Source: Dicyema japonicum (taxonomy: Eukaryota; Animalia; Dicyemida). Taken from it: 64,000 nucleotides of DNA. Under the pieces are notes generated by a model. That model worked only from the letters and a program-made list of their open reading frames with translations, did not search any database and had not been told where the DNA came from. Shown here in pieces: positions 38,756 through 52,204 of the stretch. The position numbers and the translations under genes are program-made. Numbering within the stretch: position 1 is the first letter of the stretch; every line of letters begins with the position of its first letter. The stretch is from positions 310,001 through 374,000 of the forward strand of contig RDEW01000033.1 in assembly GCA_011109175.1 (NCBI GenBank), given 5' to 3'.

Positions 38756-39111
38756 TTAAACGACGTTGACGCTAAAGAAGACGCCATCCTGCAAGTTAAA
38801 CGTGGTTATGTTCTTGAAGACTTCAGAAGCACACTTAATTTTCACACAACGGGTGTGAATCCTCATCTGAAAGCGATCCCAGGTCTTCGATCCTTCTCCA
38901 CATGGGGTCTTCCTGGTTGTGATTCGTAATATTTTGGTTGGAAGCGGACAAGGTCCTTTAACCGGAAATTCGAGTTCCTTAGCACGTTCTATAAGGCTTT
39001 TTGTGACTAGAAGTAATGATCAGGACAACCTTTGTCTAACGTATACCTGTCGATGGAACGAAGTGTAAAAAGGAAAGTCTTTAGTTCAAATTGTTCTTTT
39101 TTTTCCTCCAT
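38756..39111 (-). CDS. RPS20: 40S ribosomal protein S20 (uS10)
   Basis: VKGPCPLPTKILRITTRKTPCGEGSKTWDRFQMRIHTR; one 23-nt intron; intact frame. Confidence 0.95.
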
Positions 39112-39849
39112 ATCAGCTATTTATAAATAATAAAGAAAACCAACAATACACTAAATGCACACGTTTTAATAAAATTATTTATTTTTAAATTTAATTGTTA
39201 ATATATAAAATATTTATAACAAAATATTTCGTGCTTCTTGAAAAGTAAAGTCAAAAAAAGGCAATCAACCACAACTCAGCTGGGATGTGTTTCTCAAGTT
39301 ATCATGAATGCCTTCACTGTGAAAACTCAATTACGGACGTCTCTTGTATCAATCGACACACAGAAGGCTTTCGACTATGTTTCGTGGTCTCTTTGAGTAA
39401 AACCTCATGTAAAATATACATTTATAAAAATATGTCTGTAGAATTTTCTTTAAGGCCGACGTAGAAGAGTTCACGTTAATGAAACAAATTCAAGATCAAG
39501 CTTACTTCCTAAATGAATCACTCAGGGATCCCTATGTCTCTAATTATATTTAATTTGTTTTTACATGATATACCAACAATTGAGGGTTATTTAGGGTTTT
39601 CCTATCAATTGACCATTGTCGTTGTTGATTGAAAAACCATATAATATCATACTTATTTCCTTATTATTGCATTGTTCTCCGCAGTGGCTACCTTAGTAGT
39701 CCAGTCACATCTTAAACGAGTGTATGACTGGTGACCTCCCAACTAAAAAAGACAAGGGTTAATCTGAGTTATTATTATGAGTAGGGCAATTTTAGTGCTA
39801 AAATGCTATTTTTATTTTTATACTTATTTTTTTGTTTCTAAACATCCAC

Positions 39850-40500
39850 TTTGACGTGCCGAGTTGGAATCAATGCAAGCTTCTTACACGCCTTGGAGGC
39901 ATGGGTCTCATGTCAGCTTAGGAGATCGCCTTTCCAGCGTATGTGTCATCGCTCTCAAGCGGCAGCCTTTTGGTCCAAGAAATCCTACGTTTTACAACCG
40001 GACTTTCTTGGGAAAGAGTCTTCGACGAAGCTCGTCGCGAATGGTGTGAAAAAGAATATATTCGACGTGCTAAAGTCTAAGGCCAACCAGCATCGTCTTG
40101 CATGCCTCGTGTCCGCCGCCAACCATGGAAGCGGAGCGTGGCTGGATGCACTCCCGTGTTCCTCCCTGGGGACCCTTTTGGACGATGACTGTATTCGGAT
40201 TGGGATCGCACAACGCCTGGGAGTTGATGCTTGCGTCGAACACCAATGTCGCTGTGGAGGGATCGTTGATGCCAAAAAACTGCACCCGTTCTTGTGCAAA
40301 AGGAGTGCGGGCAGAGCACCTTGCCATGCTGCTATGAACAACATTGTCATGCGAACTCTTGAAACTGCAGGCTTCCCGGCAGTACTAGAGCCTGTGGGAT
40401 TGGACCGCGGAGATGGGAAAAGACCGATGGGTTAACTATCTTTCCGTTCACTGAGGGAAAATCGCTCGTATGGGACTGCACTGTTGTGGATTCTTTCTCG
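39850..40500 (+). mobile_element. CRE-like element fragment
   Basis: [63 protein letters not shown]. Confidence 0.88.
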
Positions 40501-40504
40501 AACT

Positions 40505-42412
40505 CGTTGATACTCAGCTCGGCGCAGTCTGCTGGATCGGCGGTACGAAAAAAGCCAACAGCTTCTCCTCACCGTCCGGTGGTCTCCTCAACTCGTGTGT
40601 CTTCAACCCTATCTGGTGTCGCCATTTGTCCAGACTTCTGATAACCGAGAGAACTCATTGCAAATTATCTTACTGACCTGATTATACTGAACAACCCTAA
40701 CTCACATACGAGGACTCCATTAAGGATGACTGATAGCTGCACATCCTCCGACTTAACACTATGCTCACCTTCACTGGCTGGACTCATTTCCTGGAACGTC
40801 TTTTACGGCTTCTCCAGTGACCACAATTCAATCCTTCTGAAATTGAGAGGTCTTCGACGATACAGGAGACGGCCGGCGGAATCAAAAAGATTCAAGGATT
40901 ATACGAAGGTAGACTGGTCCGGTTTCAGTAACCTTGTGGATAAATTCCTGGCCCGGAGATGATCCTCCCCAGTACGCTCTATTGATAAGGCCGTAGAAAT
41001 TTTCAGCGCTGCCATTCAAAAGGCTGACCATATTTTTACTCCTGTATCGTCATACAAGAAGTTTATTCCTACCCTCAGCTCTTATACAATAGGTCTTATA
41101 AAACAAAGAGACCGGTTGAAGAGATGCCATCTGATGGACCTGGAGTCCTTGACCGCCTTCAGACAACTCAATAAAAGGATCTGTCAGAGCATAAAAGAAC
41201 ATCTAGTTAACCACCTCGACAGGAAAAGTTCATCCCGACATTTCTGGGAGGTAGTTGATGGTCCTAGGTCCACCGCTACATATTTGGCTACCCCATCGCA
41301 GTTCATTGCCGACGGTTTTAACATCCATCCCCCGCCTCACAAACGCACACTCTTGGTTTCTATTTACACCAACAACACACACTGTTTCGAGGAAAATCCT
41401 GGTTGGAAAAATATTTTCTACTAATATTCGTCCGAATGTGAAATTATGGCTGGCCAACTTTTTGTCTGGAAGACGTGGAAGAGTAGTCAGTGGTAATCTC
41501 ATATCTAGATCACGATTACTACCGAACGGGGTACCCCAGGGGTCTCCACTTTCACCAATTCTTTCAACTTATTCCTACACGACCTACCTAACGAAGATTC
41601 CCTGCTATTATCCTACGCAGACGATGTAGTCATTGCAATATGGAACCGTTCTACGCAAGTCGCATCCTTTAAGACTCAGGCAAAATTGAATATTCTCCAC
41701 GATTGGATTGTTGGCAATCGACCTACGATTTCTGCAACCAAGTCTATTTGTTCCATTTTCACTTCGAACCGTCGTTCAAGGATGAACCGAGTATCTTTAT
41801 TGGTCCCACTCGGATTCCAGTGACAAGGTCCCCTACTGTCCTTGGAGTCAAGTACGACAGTCTACTCAATTTTAACTCCCACGCAAAAGACATGATCACC
41901 AGGGGCCTCCAGAAAATTAATGTTTTACGCGCCCTTGTCCGGAGGACCCCGAGGAATATACGACTTTTCTGTTTCTACCCTCTACCAACAAACAATCGCG
42001 GCAGCCGTTGAGTATGTCTCCGTTGCATGGAGATTTGCGCTATCGAAGACTATGGTCTGCAGAGTCAACTCAATACACCAGAAAACCATCAGTATGCTTG
42101 CCCACGTAATGGATCAACAGTCGACCCACTACTCATGGAAGCTAAGACCCGTAGTCGTGGTTCCGGATTTCTTCGCGTCTGTGAGGAAGATGGAAACCCG
42201 CTTCGCCTGATCATTTCCATGGCAAGAGAAAACCGATTGGATAGGAAATTCCCCTCCCCGATCGGATTCCTCTCCAAGACCGAGAGAAGACTCTTCCGGA
42301 AAGTAGTGGGGACAATGGAATATCACAGACGTCGAATAGCACAATTGATTGGGGGATCACCTAACTGTTTGACTCTTTTGTCTTTCTTTCTCGGTGTTCC
42401 CGGGGTTATTAA
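40505..42412 (+). mobile_element. internally deleted Vingi-like LINE starting with the 3' half of the HDV-topology motif
   Basis: GATACT-CAG-hairpin-CGAAAAAA-GCCAAC at 40509-40559, then SSDHNSI, NGVPQGSPLSP, LGVKYDSLLNF and a GIT-stop/CCCGGGGTTATTAA tail. Confidence 0.8.
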
Positions 42413-43539
42413 AATTAAAAATTGCTGACGATGGCCTTCTATTTTGTTCTCTGTTTATCCAAAGTCAACTGTTCAAAAAAATTTATTTTTAACTCTTAGA
42501 AACGAAAAGATTTTTATAATAATTGATGAAACAGATATCCGAAGGAAAAGTTTTGTAGTGATTCTAATTGAGAGCATTCGCTTATTGCCAATTAATAGAT
42601 GACGTCATTAGAGAAATGAAGATTATTCGTGAATATTTTTATCTATTAATTTCAGATGCCGCTCCTTAAATGATTTCTGGTGATATAAATTTATCTAAAT
42701 AAATAGGTGGTAAAACATTAATGGTCATAACAACATGCATCATGTGACGTGTGTCTCATTTGTTACACAATACGATTTTACGTATAAAGTGTGCATATCC
42801 GGAAATATATGGCTTAATTGCAAGCATTAAAGCTGCCACAGTCAACAACCGAAAACGTCGTAATTTGTTCAAGGATGTTTGATACCCACCTGATGTGGTA
42901 ATCATAAGTTATGAGATATTCCCGAAATGCCGGAAAATCCTTGGCGTTTGACGTGTTAATGACTTTTACTCATCATGCTAAAGAAGCCATGGGGGCTTCG
43001 AAAGTTTAAGTTTTCAATGACGATTACAAAAAAGGCCCCTTCCTTTCTGTGACTTGCATCAGGAGATTTTATCACCGGAATAAGCTTTTTCCGTTTAGAG
43101 AATGTTCTTTAATCAATGAAATTTGAAGATATCAACTCACTATATGCGTCTTCCCCCATCACATGATAGAGGATCGATTTTTATTATCTCTTCAGAGAAG
43201 TGGATAAGAAAACATTTCTGCAGGAACTAAGAAAATCATTTGGAAAATAGGTCATTCATGCGGAGGAATACCTATCAATTTTGAAGATAGACATCCTCAT
43301 CGAATTTCTCTACAAAAATTTGAGGAGACACTTATTGGAGAAAAGACTTTTCCGCAAATTTGGCTTAGTCAAAGATCTGGGGTGTCCGACAAATTTGGCT
43401 TAGTCAAGATTGCTTTTTCACAAAGACTTTTCCGCAAATTTTGGACTTTAAGTACCTCCAAAGATGCTCAATTGGATTAAGATCTGGACTTTGAGGAGGC
43501 CAAGGCAACATTTCAATATTTTTGTTTTAAAATTTTTTT

Positions 43540-43950
43540 GATGCTTAGAAAGTATGCTTTGGATCATTGTCTCTCGGAAATATAGGACAAAAAATCTCAG
43601 TTTTTTGAATAAACGGAATCAAATTGTTAGCCAAAATATTTACATACATTGGTCTGTCCATTATTCCCTTTATCCAAACAATTTCACTTAAGCATTCAGA
43701 TGTTAATGAACCCCACATCATAATATTTCCTTTTCCAAACTTTATTGTGGGGGTAACATTACTGGAAAAAATTTCGTCCATCATTGTTAAAAAGATTAAA
43801 TTTTGTTTCTTCACTGAAGATTACACGATTCCAGAGATTTCTTCGAAGCTTTGTTATGTTTGGAAAGAGATGGTGTGTAAAAGTAATCAAGGAACAATTA
43901 AATTTAATATGTTCAGAAGCAAAAAGTTGATAATTTACTCTCAAAATGCG
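43540..43950 (-). mobile_element. Tc1-like DDE transposase fragment
   Basis: VIFSEETKFNLFNNDG, PTIKFGKGNIMMWG, GIMDRPMYVNIL, FPRDNDPKHT. Confidence 0.88.
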
Positions 43951-44561
43951 ATTTATTAGAATGTGACATTTTATTTAGAAAAAATTAAAGAAAACGTCTG
44001 TTCGGTTTTTTTCCAAGTGAAACTAGTCACCCTGGCGCCTTGGCTATGCATAGATTTAAAGTTGATGACTGTAGATGTTGAAGACATTTTTCGTTAGTAG
44101 GATTCTCGGAACTGAATCAATCGTCTTTCAGAAGTATAATAATTGTCCGTATGCCGTTTGGGTTAGTTGAAACCTTCCAAGATAAATGTGCTAAATAGGT
44201 CAACAAAATAATGAAAAAAATATTTCGGAAATTATGGAATCAAATAAAATGATAATTTTTTTTGAATCGTTGTTGTAGATAGCTCAGATCTGAATCTATG
44301 TTGGTAGTGGCAAAAAAGGCAAGTAAGGTTAATTTCCCAAAGCTCGGTTTACTTATATCCAGAAAGAAAAATCAAATATTTGGAAAATGTGGATGAAAAA
44401 TAAGGCCCTGTAGAAAATATAATCACTATTTTTGTTGAATAAATATTGTTTTTTTCCTAATTGTTTAGTTCAATTGCAAAGTTTTTATTCTGCAACAAGA
44501 TTAATGTTTTAGTTTTTAAAGATTAGGTTACAAAATTTTGTCTTTAAACTAAGTTCGAACA

Positions 44562-44633
44562 CTCCGAGACCCAGATTCGAACCAGGGACATAGAGAACTA
44601 CAGTCTTTCATTTGATCCCTAAACTAACTCTGG
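44562..44633 (-). pseudogene. tRNA-Tyr(GTA)-like pseudogene, intronless and with a mismatched acceptor stem
   Basis: Cloverleaf spacing with CTGTAGT anticodon loop and CCTGG-TTCGAAT-CTGGG T arm; three mismatches in the acceptor stem. Confidence 0.5.
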
Positions 44634-44669
44634 TTTGGACGCGTAGTAAAATAGACTATGTCATCATAG

Positions 44670-44882
44670 TCACAATATGATGTGTTTGGAGACCGTTTCC
44701 GCTTCGTAGAAATCGCGTTCGAGACTTCAGGGGCCGATATTGTCACCAGATGTGTTCTCCGGGAGATTAGAAGCCCAATCTCGAAGACTCTCGTGGGCGG
44801 AAATGCTTCTGTAAAACGCCTCAGGATCGAAGTCGTTCTTGAAAATGTCTTCTCTCCCTTGGTGGGCAGTGCTATTAATTAA
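44670..44882 (+). mobile_element. CRE-like 3' endonuclease fragment
   Basis: YDVFGDRFRFVEIAFETSG. Confidence 0.55.
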
Positions 44883-45089
44883 AAATTGAGATCATGTTTT
44901 GCCAGCACTAAAAGCTCAAATGACCTTAATCCTGATGATTTAAAATTAAATCAATATTTTGATGTTATCCTTAAATACTGAATAAACCAAAATTATAAAC
45001 CCAACCAAATCATTACCGTATGATCATTTGTTAAATACGACACAAAAGACAAGTACTTTATCTTGATTCTTTACATAATATTTAATTTT

Positions 45090-46378
45090 CACTATAGTGC
45101 TCTAAAATATTTAAAAATTTTTACATTTTTTTCTTCTAACTTAAATTGGTAGAAGAATTCGAGATAAAACGTAATTCCTTCAATTGTAGTGCAATGAGGA
45201 CAGTAATATATTCTTTTCTCTTTGCTGCCAGACATATACCTAACAATTATTTTCGCTGTCAGAGAAGTAGAATTTGTATCTAATAGTAATGAAGAGACTA
45301 CCTGCTTGAAACGGTAAATATCCATATATATCGACTTCATCTATTGAAATTCTGTAAGTAATATCTAGAATGGTCGAGAATGCATTATTTCTACCAACTA
45401 AGAAGTGCTTAATATTAAATTACCGCAGTTTTCAAATATTTCAGTGCCCGAAACAAATAAGATAATGTGGATTATGACATACATTTGGTTTAATATTTAT
45501 TATTTATTTGAATTTACTTTGGTTTCACATTTTGATAAATCCTTGAAAAAATAACTAAATTGACATAAAATTATGATCTTGGGATTTCTTCAAAAATTAA
45601 ATTTATTCATTTACCTCCGGTGATCCCGTTGTCCATGCCAAACTTTCTCCTGTTATTAGTTTTGGACTCCTGGATTATATGGGGAGAGGTTTCTTCTCTT
45701 AAATTGGGCAGCGTCCAGATATAGTTGATTTCTGATAATTTTCAGGATATTTTGCCATTTTGATGAAGTCTCGATGGTGTAAGGTAGTCCATTTATTAAC
45801 CCCAGGCTTACAATCTTTGGTATGTCCAACACAAACAATCATGACTAATTAATCCAAGTAAGGAACGTAAGGGAAAACGTCTGTTTGTGCCTACCAAATC
45901 CATTCTCCCCATTAAAGCCTTCCGCTACCGAAGAGAAGTGGAAAAGTAGGTATTCCATAATTGTTATGACGTTCAATGTCTTTCGTATTAATGATGTGGG
46001 TGTCTTTTTCAACCATCTCAATAAAATTCTGAAGCATCGGTTTTGTGACGATTCCAGTTAACTCTGTGCCGATAGCGATAGCAGGGTAATCCATGGAGCA
46101 CAATCGTCCCCAATACTTGATAACAAATTATTTTTATACAAGTTCCAGTGAAAGAAGAAAAGATACCTAAGAATGTGTAAAAGAGGAATCATATAATTTA
46201 CTGCTCGTGTTGTCCGTATCTCTTTTTGTGAAGTAAACATATTTACATCTGGTGAGACTTTTTGGCGGTTCTTCAAGAGGTAAATAAATATTATTTTTAG
46301 CATTTTCAAAACATCTTCCGACTTTCTTTGATTTTTTGTGATGTTCCCCATAATTTCTTTATTTAGATATCCTTTCAC
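45090..46378 (-). CDS. probable multi-exon hypothetical host gene (boundaries uncertain; may be two genes)
   Basis: Chain of same-strand open frames separated by short candidate GT-AG introns. No family recognised. Confidence 0.35.
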
Positions 46379-46519
46379 TGACTATTAAAAAAACTCTAAA
46401 GAAAGCATTATTAAAAGAAAAAAACTCTATTCTACGGAACATAAACAAGAATACGCTTGCTCGCTTTAAACAAAGCGGATAAACCTAAAGGATTGATTGT
46501 TAATGACAAAAATGGAAGA

Positions 46520-47700
46520 CGAATACTAGACAAAAGAGAAGTTGCAGAGAACATTGCTGATCATTTTGAATCGCTTTTCAGGAGTGACGACGAACGTATA
46601 ACTCAATTTGTCGGAAACCCTTGATCTTTGACTAAACCAATTACGGTGGCGGAGATACAAACTGTTCTGCAAAAACTGAACAACAATAGGAGTCCGGGCA
46701 TTTACGGTATCAACGGTGAACTTCTGAAACATTCGCCCTCACTAGCTTATCACCTATGCATCATGCTAAAGGACATTTTTATGAAACACATGTTCCACTA
46801 ATACATGGAATTCTGATACCTATACAGAAACCTAGAAAGCCGTTGGACCGGTGGAAAATCTCAGGCCCATAATCTTTCTAACAACCCTACGGAAACTAGT
46901 ATCTCTGATTGTTCTGGAAAGGATTTCTCCCACTGTTGACGAATATCTGTCTCTGGGCCAAAAGTGGTTTTAGAAGAGGAAGATCCACGGCGGATATCGT
47001 ATGGACACAGATGAATATGTACCATGACGCAAAGATTCCAAAAGGCTGTTCACATACTCGGGATTGATGTCTCCCGAGCGTTCGATACTGTACGCAGAGG
47101 CAAACTAATGTTGTTACTTGGTATGTTGATGGACGAGGACAGTCAAAAAATGATCCGGGTCCTACTTGCGGACACTGAAATACAAGTCTGGGTCGGTTCA
47201 GAGCGATCCCGTAAATTTGAGACACATTGGTACTCCTCAATGAGATTCTTTATCTCCACTACTATTTGTAGTCTATCTGGAAGCCGCCCTTCGGGACCTA
47301 CAACCAAAACTTGGCCGATTTCGATCACAGAACTAATTTACGTAGACTTTGCTTCGGAGGACTAAAAGAAGATCAGGATTGTTCTAAATCATGCTCCCGG
47401 AGTATTCTCGGAATGGTTTTTGAAAATGAACAAACAAAAGACAGAAGTCACTGTTAAGAGAGAAACTCAATTGACAGATGAGAAATGGAGAAGAACAAAG
47501 AAATTCGGCTCACTACTATGTGATTGGGAAGATGTTCAGCTAGGCTGTTATCGATTGTTGCAATTAAAAAACTAAAGTCCACATGGCTTAAATACTCACA
47601 CGTATCAACATCCATAAAGGTGCGTCTATACAAAGCATTTATTCTGCCTATTATACTGTACAACTCATCCATTTTTAGCAATAAATAAGGATCAACTCCT
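46520..47700 (+). mobile_element. degenerate RTE-like RT fragment
   Basis: KLNNNRSPGIYG, ILGIDVSRAFDTVRRGKL, and an intact-looking C-terminal RT block. Confidence 0.8.
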
Positions 47701-47724
47701 TTTAACTTAATCATATTTTGTACA

Positions 47725-47790
47725 GGATGGCTCAGTGTAATAAGTTCCGGTACAAAATCATGAGGCCCTCGATTCGAATCCCGCCCATGT
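47725..47790 (+). repeat. degenerate tRNA-like head
   Basis: GGATGGCTCAGTG A-box-like and GATTCGAATCCC B-box-like; arms do not pair well. Confidence 0.35.
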
Positions 47791-47989
47791 CCATTCCGTT
47801 TAAAGTTAGTGTCTTGGATTACATTACTGTTATTCTTAAAATGAAATGTGAGTTCAATCTAAGGTAGTTTATTAATGCAAACATTATTTACTCCTTGTTG
47901 GGAGGGATGTGTTTAATCATATTTTGGATAATCAAATTAAATCTTGTGTCAAGCTGTTGGCTTATCCGTGAAAAACTTTTACTTTAAGT

Positions 47990-48440
47990 TAAATTTCCAC
48001 TTAAATCTGAGTATCTTTACTGTATTAAAGATCGTTGAATTTCTGAAAGTGTCGACCCTTTTTCCCTTCACGTCTGGAAGATCTTTGGTCTGGGACGCAA
48101 CTTGTGTAGGCACGTTCTCAAGCACGAATATTTTCAAATCTTTCAGACACCTGGAGCAGCTGCTTCGACGCGGAAACCTAAAAATCAAGAAATATTCTTG
48201 CCTCGGGGATCGCTACCGATTTACTCCTGTTGCGACCGAATCATCGGGAGCCGTTGGTCCAATGACGGCTGAATTCTTGCAAGAACTCGGAGGATTGCTT
48301 GCCAGAAAGAAAAGGGATCAACGAGAAGGGTTATGGCTAAGACAAAAGATTGGAATAGCCATACTCCGAGGGAACTCGTTCGCAATCCACGCAGCAGGCT
48401 TCCTCAACTGACATTTGTTTAATTGTTAAAAAAATTTTTT
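47990..48440 (+). mobile_element. CRE-like element 3' end
   Basis: [51 protein letters not shown]. Confidence 0.9.
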
Positions 48441-48529
48441 GTTTAAACATAAAATAAAAACAAAATAAATTAATCCGAAATTTTTAATAAATGTTTTTAA
48501 GATTGCGGATTATGAAGTTTCGGTTTATT

Positions 48530-49700
48530 GAAGTCTGTTTGTATGGAATGGACCACTACGAAAAAGTGAGTCACGTCAACATGAACAAATACTCCCGTCC
48601 ATGCAAGTTGTAAAACGTTCAAACTCCTCAAGGAAAACCGATTGTAATCACCACGACTGACATTGAGTATTTTATCAAAAACTCAAAGAACTCTCCTGCC
48701 AAAGGGCTAGATGAAATCTGCATTTAAAGCACTTAGGAATGTAGGGACTTATAGAAATCACAAACATCATTTCTGTCACCATTAACAACTGTCTAATTCC
48801 TTCTCTATGAAAAAATTCAAAATAATCCCAATCCTGAAGCCAATAAAAGATCCTTCGGATCTAGGATCTTTCAGTAGATTTCACTACTATCTGTAGTATC
48901 AAAAATTGTTGAACGTGTTAAAACTAATATCGAAGTATCTTTCCTTCTCAACATGGCTTTCGTCCACAATATCAAATTTCTCTACCCTAACTCAATATAT
49001 CGCTGATGGGTTCAACTATTACAATCCACCAAACGGATTATCCTTGCATCGATTGACCTAACCAAGGCGTTTGATTGAACATCAGAGCGGGTCCTAAGTA
49101 ACAAAATTCTTGCAACTCGAATTCCTCCACGTCTGCAAAATTGATAACAAATTTCCTCTCTGGAAGACTTGGTCGGACTAAAAGTATTTCTCGTCTATCT
49201 CACTACCAATTCCTTCCAAACGGTGTCCTCCAAATCTTCTTTTTGTCTTCTACCTTCTTCAACTCGCTCCTAAGCGATATTCCAGCGACTTCTAAGACAC
49301 TTCTATCATATCCACATGACCTGATTATCGTCTCTAAAGAAAATGACCTTAACGAAACAGTGAAGGATGTTCAGAACCACTTGAACTTACTTGAAGAGTG
49401 GTTTGGAGCGAATCACCTATCTCCTTCTCCGTCGAAATCTACTTTCACTGTATTCACGTCCAACCATTGGGAACTTCGGATAAACCTGGCTCCTCTATGA
49501 TGTGGAAATTACTTTTTCTACTGAAGTACAATGTCATCTGTCCCTTTTACAAAAAATCACCTATTTGAATGTCCTGAAATAACAAAATATTCGTATACAA
49601 TGCCAAGATTGACCGATTTATGGGAGCGACCGGCATTTGCTGCTTCCTACTTAATTGCTGTTGGCCTCTTACAAGTTAGTGAGGCCGGGGTTACTTTACT
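48530..49700 (+). mobile_element. internally deleted Vingi-like LINE
   Basis: NSKNSPAKGLD, SIDLTKAFD, NGVLQ..SYPHDL, NHLFECP..DLWERP; GAGGCCGGGGTTA end. Confidence 0.8.
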
Positions 49701-51817
49701 AACTAACTTCGTACTGACTCATCAAAAATTCGGATTATTGAAGTTCGGATTAGTGGGGGTTTACTGTATAACACTGCAAGAAATGACATCCGCAAAAGAA
49801 ATGCCGGTGAAGTAACAAGTTTTTCCCACGGGATGGAGTTTTTTTGTATTTACTTGGATTATCGAGAATGATCTGAACTTCAAAATTGTCGGATATGAGA
49901 GCTCAACGTAGATCTAGTTGTTGGTAGTATACCATTGAGAACTAATTGCTTTTAGGCTACCGTGCTTTACATCCGAATGAATCGCTTGAGATCGGGAAGG
50001 TAGGGGGAATATATATGCTAACGATTGTCAATCGGAGAGGGAGTAGGTGGATTTTCAGAGTTAGTTATTCCAGTTGGTCATCCTGGGAGCAGGGGTCTGA
50101 AATGTTATCGATATATTGCTGGCTGGATATGATTCCTTATCAGTTTTACTAAGACCTTCACCCTTTCCACGACTTCTGTATCGTCTTAAAACGGAGTATC
50201 CGGATGTTGGTTGCCATGGGTTTAGTTTCATCTTTTGAAATAGAGCTGCCTGTAGAGAAAAAGTTTTAGTTTGGTAATTTTCGTCTGGATTCTATTAATG
50301 TTAACTTGCACTACGATGTGATCTGGTACAAGGTTTTTTTTCGATGTCTCTGCAAGAAGATACTACACCTCTACACCTCCATGAATGCGGGATCTCTTTT
50401 TCATAACTTCAAGTGACCAATACCACCACGTAGGTAAGTAATATGACATAATTGAGCAATTACTCACTAAAAAGAGCTTCAGATGATATCAATGTCAAAG
50501 AAATACGGAATAGGAATCATCCCAATGGTTATCCCATGTAACAACTCTCTTATATCAAAAAAATTTGTCTTACTCTCCTCTATCTAAAAGCTACCGAAAT
50601 ATTATCATTATGGGTGGATTGAGAAGGAGTCAGAAAAAATTGATGGTTTCCACAGTACACTAACTGTAGTGTTAACATGAACATTTCTCACTAATATTTA
50701 TTAAGGATCTGGTTTGCAAAGTCAGTACTAGAAATCTCACAACAAAAACCTCTATGGAAAGGAATGGTATGGGAAGGAACCTGTCAGGAACCTTACTTGT
50801 TAATTTCATTTAGGAGAATGACTTATTCATTTGGAACGCTTCTTTCATGCACTTTGAAAAAACACAAGACTGCATGGTCGGGTAACATGACGAATTCCGG
50901 TGACCAAGTTATTTTTAAGAAGCAATGTTTTGAAAAGCAACTCAGAAACATATTGCAAGGATTTAGAATACAAACAATATATTGAAAACTTAGGTACTTA
51001 TTTAGATAGCCACTTTCTAGCATCAAAATCAATAAATATTAGTTTTTTAAGTAAAAATACAATATATTGGCCGGGGAACTGATCGGTCCCGATAGAAGGG
51101 ACAATTATTTTCGTTCCTCCAAATTAAGGCCTCCAGAAGTTTCAGTTCCGAACATTTCACTCCAAACGTCCACTGTCTTGAAATGAATTAAGTGAAATGA
51201 AAAAAATTCAAAGACAAAAATAACACCAAACAAACTAACAACGTGATCCCAGAACATTATAGCAAACGCCTCCACTTGGCCCGATGGTCCCCCAGTTAGA
51301 TTTGAGAATACAAAATAATAAAAACAAATATTTCGGCAATTATGGAATCAAATGAAATGATAATCACTTATTTGAATCGTTGTTTATGGAATACAAGGTA
51401 ACTTGTGGTCATTTTCAATTCTTCATAAAATTTTAACAAAAAATAAAAATTTCCTTCCCGCAAAAATAAAATATTATCTAATTTTCTGTTTTAACAAATA
51501 AAAATTAAATCAACTTTTCATTTTTAGGTCAACATTTGTGCTTATTAGGTCAACAATTTAATTTTAAGGACAATTAAGGTCATTTCTTTATTTTTAAGTC
51601 ATACCTGTTTAACTTTGTCATTTTAAGCAGCCGCCTCAACCTTTCTCGGTGTTCCTCCCAAGAGCTGACACACTTCCTGTATGGATGAATCACTTTTCAG
51701 ATGTTTTGAAATTTCAACTGGGCTCCCATTCTCCTCACGAGTTCCTCGAACATTTAACTTTTTGATTCAGGAATGACTATTTCTATTCAGAGTATAAGCT
51801 ATTGTATGCATTTCGGA

Positions 51818-51850
51818 TTAGGGTTATTGATTAGGGTTAGGGGGGGTTAG
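51818..51850 (+). repeat. short imperfect interstitial TTAGGG tract
   Basis: TTAGGGTTATTGATTAGGGTTAGGGGGGGTTAG. Confidence 0.5.
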
Positions 51851-52204
51851 AACTTTCATTATTGTCCTGTATTCAAAATATGTTTAACCTATTAATTAAA
51901 AGAAAGGCATAACATCTTTGAGGACACATCCTTGTCCAATAAAAAACTGGTAAAATAATTTAAATATTTTTTATCGTACTAAATGCAGGTTAATATGACA
52001 TCTTTATTACAATGGTAACCAGTTCAGCATGGTAACCAGTACAGAATGTTACAGATTAAATAAGAGACAATGGATTATTGGGAATTATTATTATTAATAA
52101 TTGACAAAAATAAGGTACGGATAAATATTATAATTAAAATAAATTAAATATTTTTTAAATAATAAATATTTATTTATTGAACTTTGTGTCTCATCCTATT
52201 TATT

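Noticed and set aside
42700-43300. Possible gypsy gag-protease remnant (LYHVMGEDAYSEL, VVDCGS)
   Set aside because: Only short motifs in stop-riddled frames; too weak to call without an HMM search.
51818-51850. Telomerase RNA template
   Set aside because: Multiple degenerate repeats rather than one template of about 1.5 units, and no supporting structure is recognisable.
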